Of a DNA stretch of 64,000 nucleotides, positions 59,215-64,000 are shown in pieces. The first letter of the stretch is position 1, and every line of letters begins with the position of its first letter. The DNA comes from an uncultured Candidatus Pelagibacter sp. (GTDB lineage Bacteria > Pseudomonadota > Alphaproteobacteria > Pelagibacterales > Pelagibacteraceae), in contig CAJQTO010000020.1 of assembly GCA_905620465.1 (NCBI GenBank), positions 6,275 to 70,274 of the forward strand, given 5' to 3'. A model generated the notes under the pieces. That model was not told where the DNA came from. It saw nothing but the letters and a program-made list of their open reading frames with translations, and did no database searches. Both the position numbers and the translations under genes were made by a program.

Positions 59215-59270
59215 GTGCTCATAATCTTTCTTCTTTAGGTAATTTACCCTACCTAAATTATTATGAGCAC
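59215..59270. other. Long interrupted stem-loop upstream of the peroxiredoxin
   Basis: GTGCTCATAAT (59215-59225) pairs with ATTATGAGCAC (59260-59270); TTTAGGTA (59234-59241) pairs with TACCTAAA (59250-59257). Confidence 0.65.
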
Positions 59271-59282
59271 TAAAAATTTTTT

Positions 59283-59834
59283 ATGGGCGTAATACAATTA
59301 AATAAACATTTAATAAATAATAGGAATAGAATGATTGAAGGAAAAAAATGCTCAAGCGTAACCTTAAAAACTAGAAAAATTGGTAAATGGGTTGATGTAA
59401 ATACAGATGAAATCTTTAAAGGTAAAAAAGTAATATTATTTTCATTACCAGGTGCGTTTACACCCACATGTTCTGAAAAGCAGTTACCAGGTTTTGAAAA
59501 AAATTATGATAAATTATTGTCATTAGGTATTAACGAAGTTTATTGTGTTAGTGTCAATGATGGCTTTGTAATGAATGCTTGGGCAGATCAACAAAAACTA
59601 ACAAAAGTTAAGGTATTACCCGATGGAAATGCAGATTTTACTCGTTCAATGGGGATGTTAATTGATAAAAAACATTTAGGGTTTGGCCCAAGAAGTTGGA
59701 GATATTGTGCAATAATTAACGACGGTGTTGTTGAAAAATGGTGGCAAGAGGATGGCATGAATAATGAAGGAACTGATCTTGATCCATATAAGCAAACAAC
59801 TCCAGAAAATTGTATAAAATATTTGTCTAAATAA
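59283..59834 (+). CDS. Peroxiredoxin, Prx5 type (start may be the Met of MIEGK)
   Basis: LPGAFTPTCS, SVNDGFVMNAW, DGNADFT, GFGPRSWRY. Confidence 0.93.
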   Translation: MGVIQLNKHLINNRNRMIEGKKCSSVTLKTRKIGKWVDVNTDEIFKGKKVILFSLPGAFTPTCSEKQLPGFEKNYDKLLSLGINEVYCVSVNDGFVMNAWADQQKLTKVKVLPDGNADFTRSMGMLIDKKHLGFGPRSWRYCAIINDGVVEKWWQEDGMNNEGTDLDPYKQTTPENCIKYLSK

Positions 59835-59871
59835 TAAAATTGTAAGCAAGCCATAGCTTATAAGAAAGTTT

Positions 59872-59954
59872 TAAGAATTAGCTCTTGTAATCTCTCTCTC
59901 AAATTGGTTTCAGAGTTATTATTAACTTCCCTCCAAGGAGGGAAGTTTCTTAAA
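59872..59954. ncRNA. Candidate structured RNA, copy 2 (ends in hairpin AACTTCCCTC/GAGGGAAGTT)
   Basis: Homologous in sequence blocks and stems to 34132-34220. Confidence 0.5.
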
Positions 59955-59979
59955 AATAATAATTGGGGTAATATAAAAT

Positions 59980-61599
59980 ATGGGATTAAGAAAAATAAAT
60001 ATTTGGTATGTGGCATCACTTTCTATTTCCTTGATAGTAGCCGTTCCTATTTTAACCGTATTTAGTAGTTTTTTTGAAACTACTGGGGACTATAGTTTAA
60101 TTTTAAAAAATACTTTTTTTTATGACTATATTTATAATTCTTTAACACTTTTAATAGGTGTCTTATTTTTAACATTTATAATTGGTGTTGGATGTGCCTA
60201 TCTGGTTTCATTTTATAACTTTCCAGGTGTAAATTTTTTTAAATGGTCTCTAATTTTATCTTTTGCAGTTCCAGCTTATATTTATGCATATTCTTTAACC
60301 GCTTTTTTTGAAAATTATGGAACAGCTTTTTCAATTTTAAAAAACTTATTTGGAGAAGGTAATTACAATTCTCATATTCCGAAATTTGATGGAATGATGG
60401 GTGCTATAATCTCAATATCCTTTTCATTATTTGGGTATGTTTATGTTTTAACGAGAACATCATTTCATTATCAATCTCAAAATTTAATAGAACTAGGAAA
60501 AAACCTTGGCTTTTCAAAAGAAAAATCATTTTTTAAAATAATACTTCCTTCCGCTAGACCTGCAATAGTCGCTGGTCTTTCATTAGTTGCAATGGAAACT
60601 TTATCAGATTTTGGTGCAGTATCTTTTTTTGGAATATCCACTTTTACTACAGGAATATATAATGCGTGGATTTCTTTTGATGATCTTGCTCTAGCTAATA
60701 GATTATCATTTTATTTATTATTTTTTATTCTTGGACTTTTTATTTTAGAAAATTTTTCTAGGAAAAAAGCACAATACCACACATCCTCTAAAGGTGGTTT
60801 CAAATCAAAATCAGTTATTAATTTAAATGGTTATAAATCATTTTTGGCATTTTCTTTTTGTATGTTTGTTTTTTTTGTGAGTTTTTTATTTCCAGTTCTT
60901 CAAATGCTTTATTGGACAATTATTTTTCCAAAACATTTAACAGATTTAAATCTTATTGAATTATTTTCAAATACTATAATTTTAGTAATTTTATCTAGTT
61001 TTTTATTAATTTCTCTAGCTTTCATTTCAAATTATGGAAATAGAGTTTCTAAAAGTAAATTTCTTGAAGCACTAACAACTTTTTCAATATCTGGATATGC
61101 CATACCTGGAATTATTTTAGCTGTAGCATTTATTACTTTTATTTCATGGTTTGACAGCAGTATCCTAGGTCAATTTGAGTTAAATACTATAAAACCAATC
61201 TTCATAGGATCTATTTTCGGTTTGGTTTTAGTTTATTTTATAAGGTTTTATTCCTTAGCAAGTAATGGAATTAAATCAGGTTATTTAAAGATTAATTATT
61301 CAATTGACGAAGGTGCTTATTTATTAGGCTATTCTAAATTTAAAACATTTAGAAATATCCATATCCCATATTTAAAAAATTCAATTTTATTAATTGGAAT
61401 TTTAATTGCTATAGAAATCATAAAAGAACTGCCAATTACCTTAATTATGAGACCTTTTAATTTTGAAACATTTGCGACAAAAGCATACATTTATGCTTCC
61501 CAAGATTTATTAGAAGCAGCTGCGGCACCATCTTTATTTCTGATAATTATTGCAAGTTTCTTTATTTTAATTACATCTAAATATATCCTTAAGGATTAA
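59980..61599 (+). CDS. fbpB: Fe3+ ABC transporter permease
   Basis: PAYIYAY, LP.ARPAI.AG, METLSDFG, GYAIPG, KELP.TL..RPFNF.T. Confidence 0.92.
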   Translation: MGLRKINIWYVASLSISLIVAVPILTVFSSFFETTGDYSLILKNTFFYDYIYNSLTLLIGVLFLTFIIGVGCAYLVSFYNFPGVNFFKWSLILSFAVPAYIYAYSLTAFFENYGTAFSILKNLFGEGNYNSHIPKFDGMMGAIISISFSLFGYVYVLTRTSFHYQSQNLIELGKNLGFSKEKSFFKIILPSARPAIVAGLSLVAMETLSDFGAVSFFGISTFTTGIYNAWISFDDLALANRLSFYLLFFILGLFILENFSRKKAQYHTSSKGGFKSKSVINLNGYKSFLAFSFCMFVFFVSFLFPVLQMLYWTIIFPKHLTDLNLIELFSNTIILVILSSFLLISLAFISNYGNRVSKSKFLEALTTFSISGYAIPGIILAVAFITFISWFDSSILGQFELNTIKPIFIGSIFGLVLVYFIRFYSLASNGIKSGYLKINYSIDEGAYLLGYSKFKTFRNIHIPYLKNSILLIGILIAIEIIKELPITLIMRPFNFETFATKAYIYASQDLLEAAAAPSLFLIIIASFFILITSKYILKD

Positions 61600-61603
61600 A
61601 AAT

Positions 61604-62662
61604 ATGACTAAAAATTTTTTAGAAATAGATAACGTAACATTTGCTGCTAGTGCACAAAATAAAGTCATCAATGTTTCATTAAATATAGAAAACCAAGGAG
61701 ACATTGTTTGTTTGTTGGGTCCATCTGGAATAGGTAAAACTACAATTCTTAGAACTATAGCTGGTTTAGAAAAAATACACTCAGGGAGAATTTTATTAAA
61801 AGATAAAATAATTTCCTCACAGGACATTCACGTAGAGCCAGAGCACAGAAATATATCAATGGCTTTTCAAGATAACTCATTATTTCCTCATTATAACGTT
61901 CTAGAAAATATAAAATTTGGAGCTGAGAGAAATAAAAAGAAAAAAAAAGGTTTAAATATTAATGAGATAATTAAATTTCTTCATATTGATCATGTGATAG
62001 ATAAATTTCCACATCAAATAAGCTCTGGTGAAGCGCAAAGGGCTTCTCTAGCTAGATCATTACTATCTAACCCTGATCTACTTTTATTAGATGAACCACT
62101 ATCAAACGTAGACCAAAGCTTTAAAGAAGAAATTCAAGTAAAATTAAAACAAATATTAACCGAACAAAAAATAACTACAATAATTGTGACACATGACTCT
62201 TATGAAGCTTTTTATTTAGGTACAAAATGTGGAATAATTCTAGAGGAACAATTAAAACAATTTGATGACCCTTATAACGTTTACCATTTTCCAAATTCAG
62301 TAGAGGTAGTTAATTTTTTAAACAGAGGAATTTTAATTCCAGCAAAAGTTACAGGTGAAAATAGTTTAGAGAATACTGATTTAGGCACAATAACTGGTAA
62401 TTTTATAAAACATTATCCAAAAGGATCAGAGGTTCAACTCTTATTACAACCAGAAGATCTTGAGCATGATGATCAAAGTAATCTAAAACTAGAGGTAGTT
62501 GATAGAAAATTTAGAGGAACCAACTTTATCTACACACTTAAAACGGCAAGTAATAAATTAATCCCAGTATTTGTTCACTCACACCACATTCATCAACATG
62601 AAGTTGATGAAAAATTTGGTATCAAACGCCCTATTAATATTGATCATATAGTTTGTTTCTAA
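61604..62662 (+). CDS. fbpC: Fe3+ ABC transporter ATPase
   Basis: GPSGIGKTT, ISSGEAQR, LLDEP, VTHD, C-terminal TOBE-like domain. Confidence 0.9.
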   Translation: MTKNFLEIDNVTFAASAQNKVINVSLNIENQGDIVCLLGPSGIGKTTILRTIAGLEKIHSGRILLKDKIISSQDIHVEPEHRNISMAFQDNSLFPHYNVLENIKFGAERNKKKKKGLNINEIIKFLHIDHVIDKFPHQISSGEAQRASLARSLLSNPDLLLLDEPLSNVDQSFKEEIQVKLKQILTEQKITTIIVTHDSYEAFYLGTKCGIILEEQLKQFDDPYNVYHFPNSVEVVNFLNRGILIPAKVTGENSLENTDLGTITGNFIKHYPKGSEVQLLLQPEDLEHDDQSNLKLEVVDRKFRGTNFIYTLKTASNKLIPVFVHSHHIHQHEVDEKFGIKRPINIDHIVCF

Positions 62663-62681
62663 TACAAAACTTTATTTAGAA

Positions 62682-63380
62682 ATGAATAATAAATTAAAAA
62701 CCTTAGTCAAAGGAATAATTGACGTAAGCCCTTTGATGATACCCGTGATTCCTTTTGGAATTATATACGGTGTTATTGGAATGGATTTAGGTATTGGTCC
62801 TTACATGACACTAGGATTATCGATTATAATTTTCGGTGGAGCTTCTCAGATAGTTTTACTGCAACTATTTTCAGGTGGTGCATCATCTTTAGTTATTTTG
62901 AGCTCTGTAGGTGCGGTAAATGCTAGACATGTATTGTATGGAGCTGTTTTATCAGAACATTTATCTACCTTAAAACTTTCATGGAAAATAATTTTGTCTT
63001 ATGTAATGACAGATCAAGCCTTTGCAGTTTCAAACAATTACTTTAAAAAAAATAATAAAGATAAAAATTATCATTATCATTTACTTGGTTCAGGTTTTAC
63101 ATGTTGGAGTATTTGGCAAATTTCTACAATTTTAGGTATAGTTTTAGGATCAGTTGTACCTGAAGAGTTAGGTTTAAGTTTTACAATTTCTTTAACATTC
63201 CTTGCTTTATTGATTAGTGATTTTAGAAAATTTAAAAATATTATTATAATGTTAGTATCTGGAATAGTTGCAACCATTGGTTACAACACAATACCGTTTA
63301 AGGCATATATAATTGTTGCTGCACTATCAGCCTTAATTGTTGCTGTATTATTAACCTTAACAGATTCAAAGAAAAGATAA
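62682..63380 (+). CDS. azlC: AzlC family branched-chain amino acid exporter subunit
   Basis: PFGIIYG, FGGASQ, VNARH.LY, TDQAFA. Confidence 0.88.
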   Translation: MNNKLKTLVKGIIDVSPLMIPVIPFGIIYGVIGMDLGIGPYMTLGLSIIIFGGASQIVLLQLFSGGASSLVILSSVGAVNARHVLYGAVLSEHLSTLKLSWKIILSYVMTDQAFAVSNNYFKKNNKDKNYHYHLLGSGFTCWSIWQISTILGIVLGSVVPEELGLSFTISLTFLALLISDFRKFKNIIIMLVSGIVATIGYNTIPFKAYIIVAALSALIVAVLLTLTDSKKR

Positions 63381-63697
63381 TGTATTGGTCACTTATAATT
63401 TATGCTGGAGTAATTACATTTGTAACAAGATTTTCTATGATCTTCTTACTAAAAAAAGATATTTTAAATGATAGAGCAAAAAAAATATTATCTTTCGTTC
63501 CAGCAGCAATTTTTCCAGCAATAATCTTTCCACCAATATTTTTAGATAGTGCAGGCTCTTTAGATTTAGAAGGTAATCCTCAAATATTAGCTACTATATT
63601 TGCAATAATTGTTGGTTATTTTAGTAAAAATATCATAGCTACAATTTTTTCAGGTCTAATTTCATACTGGATATTGATTTTTTTATTTAATTTTTAA
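63380..63697 (+). CDS. azlD: AzlD domain protein
   Basis: TF.TRFS, LSFVPAAIF.A; coupled to azlC. Confidence 0.85.
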   Translation: MYWSLIIYAGVITFVTRFSMIFLLKKDILNDRAKKILSFVPAAIFPAIIFPPIFLDSAGSLDLEGNPQILATIFAIIVGYFSKNIIATIFSGLISYWILIFLFNF

Positions 63698-63730
63698 AAA
63701 CCTTAAAAATAAGAATATTTATTTACAGAT

Positions 63731-64000
63731 CTAAGAAATAATTTTTTTTAAGTAGTTTGAATATTCACAATTTCCATAAAATTTTATTGATTTTTTTATG
63801 TGGTCTTTATTTATCCATTTATTTAAGTAAGCAATTTCCTCTATACAAGCAATTTTAAAGCCTTGTCGATTTTCAATGGCAGACACAAATAAAGAAGTAT
63901 TGTAAAAATCTTCTATAGACCCAGTATCTAACCAGGCACCACCTCTACCTATATATTCTGCTTTTAGGTTGTTTTTTGATTGATATTTTTTTAAAAGGTC
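63731..64000 (-). CDS. rfbA: Glucose-1-phosphate thymidylyltransferase, C-terminal part only (not in the ORF track)
   Basis: Manual translation ...IGRGGAWLDTGS...IENRQGFKIACIEEIA...KWI...EYSNYL* with stop at 63731-63733. Confidence 0.9.
   Translation of the reverse strand, partial: DLLKKYQSKNNLKAEYIGRGGAWLDTGSIEDFYNTSLFVSAIENRQGFKIACIEEIAYLNKWINKDHIKKSIKFYGNCEYSNYLKKIIS

Noticed and set aside
82-63277. Many short ORFs antisense or out of frame within long genes (e.g. 82..279, 860..1090, 6513..6806, 7632..8084, 15160..15657, 22315..22599, 27442..27861, 43727..44059, 52948..53340, 57718..58164)
   Set aside because: They lie almost entirely within well-supported CDSs and show no recognisable motifs; they are shadow ORFs.
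1-64000. CRISPR arrays, tRNA/rRNA genes, known riboswitches (glycine, SAM-V, TPP)
   Set aside because: No regularly spaced repeats or recognisable consensus were found by eye, and the intergenic regions are short. An Infernal/tRNAscan run would be needed to exclude them formally.

Overview
AT-rich, gene-dense alphaproteobacterial chromosome segment. Gene content (ETF/ETF-QO, aceA with a RamB-family regulator, acuI, Fe3+ ABC transporter, betaine ABC transporter, hisI, folE) and very short spacers point to Pelagibacterales (SAR11); this is an inference, not a database result. The flanks (1-5.3 kb and 30.5-49 kb) encode quaternary-amine catabolism: choline dehydrogenase, a PhnZ/TmpB-like HD enzyme, TauD, carnitine dehydrogenase, BKACE, thioesterase, a gamma-butyrobetaine-dioxygenase-like enzyme, ProVWX and dimethylglycine dehydrogenase-ETF. 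Between them lies a ~24 kb block of two convergent operons. The + operon (5614-17157) encodes a DTT-motif rhodopsin, flotillin, SCP2-like protein, hydrolase, an N,N-dimethylformamidase-like large subunit flanked by two small-subunit-like genes, a cupin, a Na+/solute symporter, an Fe-ADH and an AttM-like lactonase. The - operon (29549-17166) encodes a sugar-type ABC transporter with greatly extended permeases, a low-complexity repeat protein, PxpA, a biotin carboxylase-PxpB fusion, PxpC, BCCP and GST. The rhodopsin-flotillin pair is the already described FArhodopsin type. The most striking unexplained signal is a set of short peptide motifs (Y-x3-D-x3-F, LPLFTKK, hydrophobic-K-hydrophobic-x-x-F/Y) shared by unrelated proteins of the - operon and echoed in the flotillin C-terminal region. 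This suggests a peptide-tagged, possibly flotillin-scaffolded transport/catabolism assembly. A two-copy structured intergenic element (candidate sRNA) and several operator-like sites were also seen. No tRNA, rRNA, CRISPR array, integrase or transposase was recognised.
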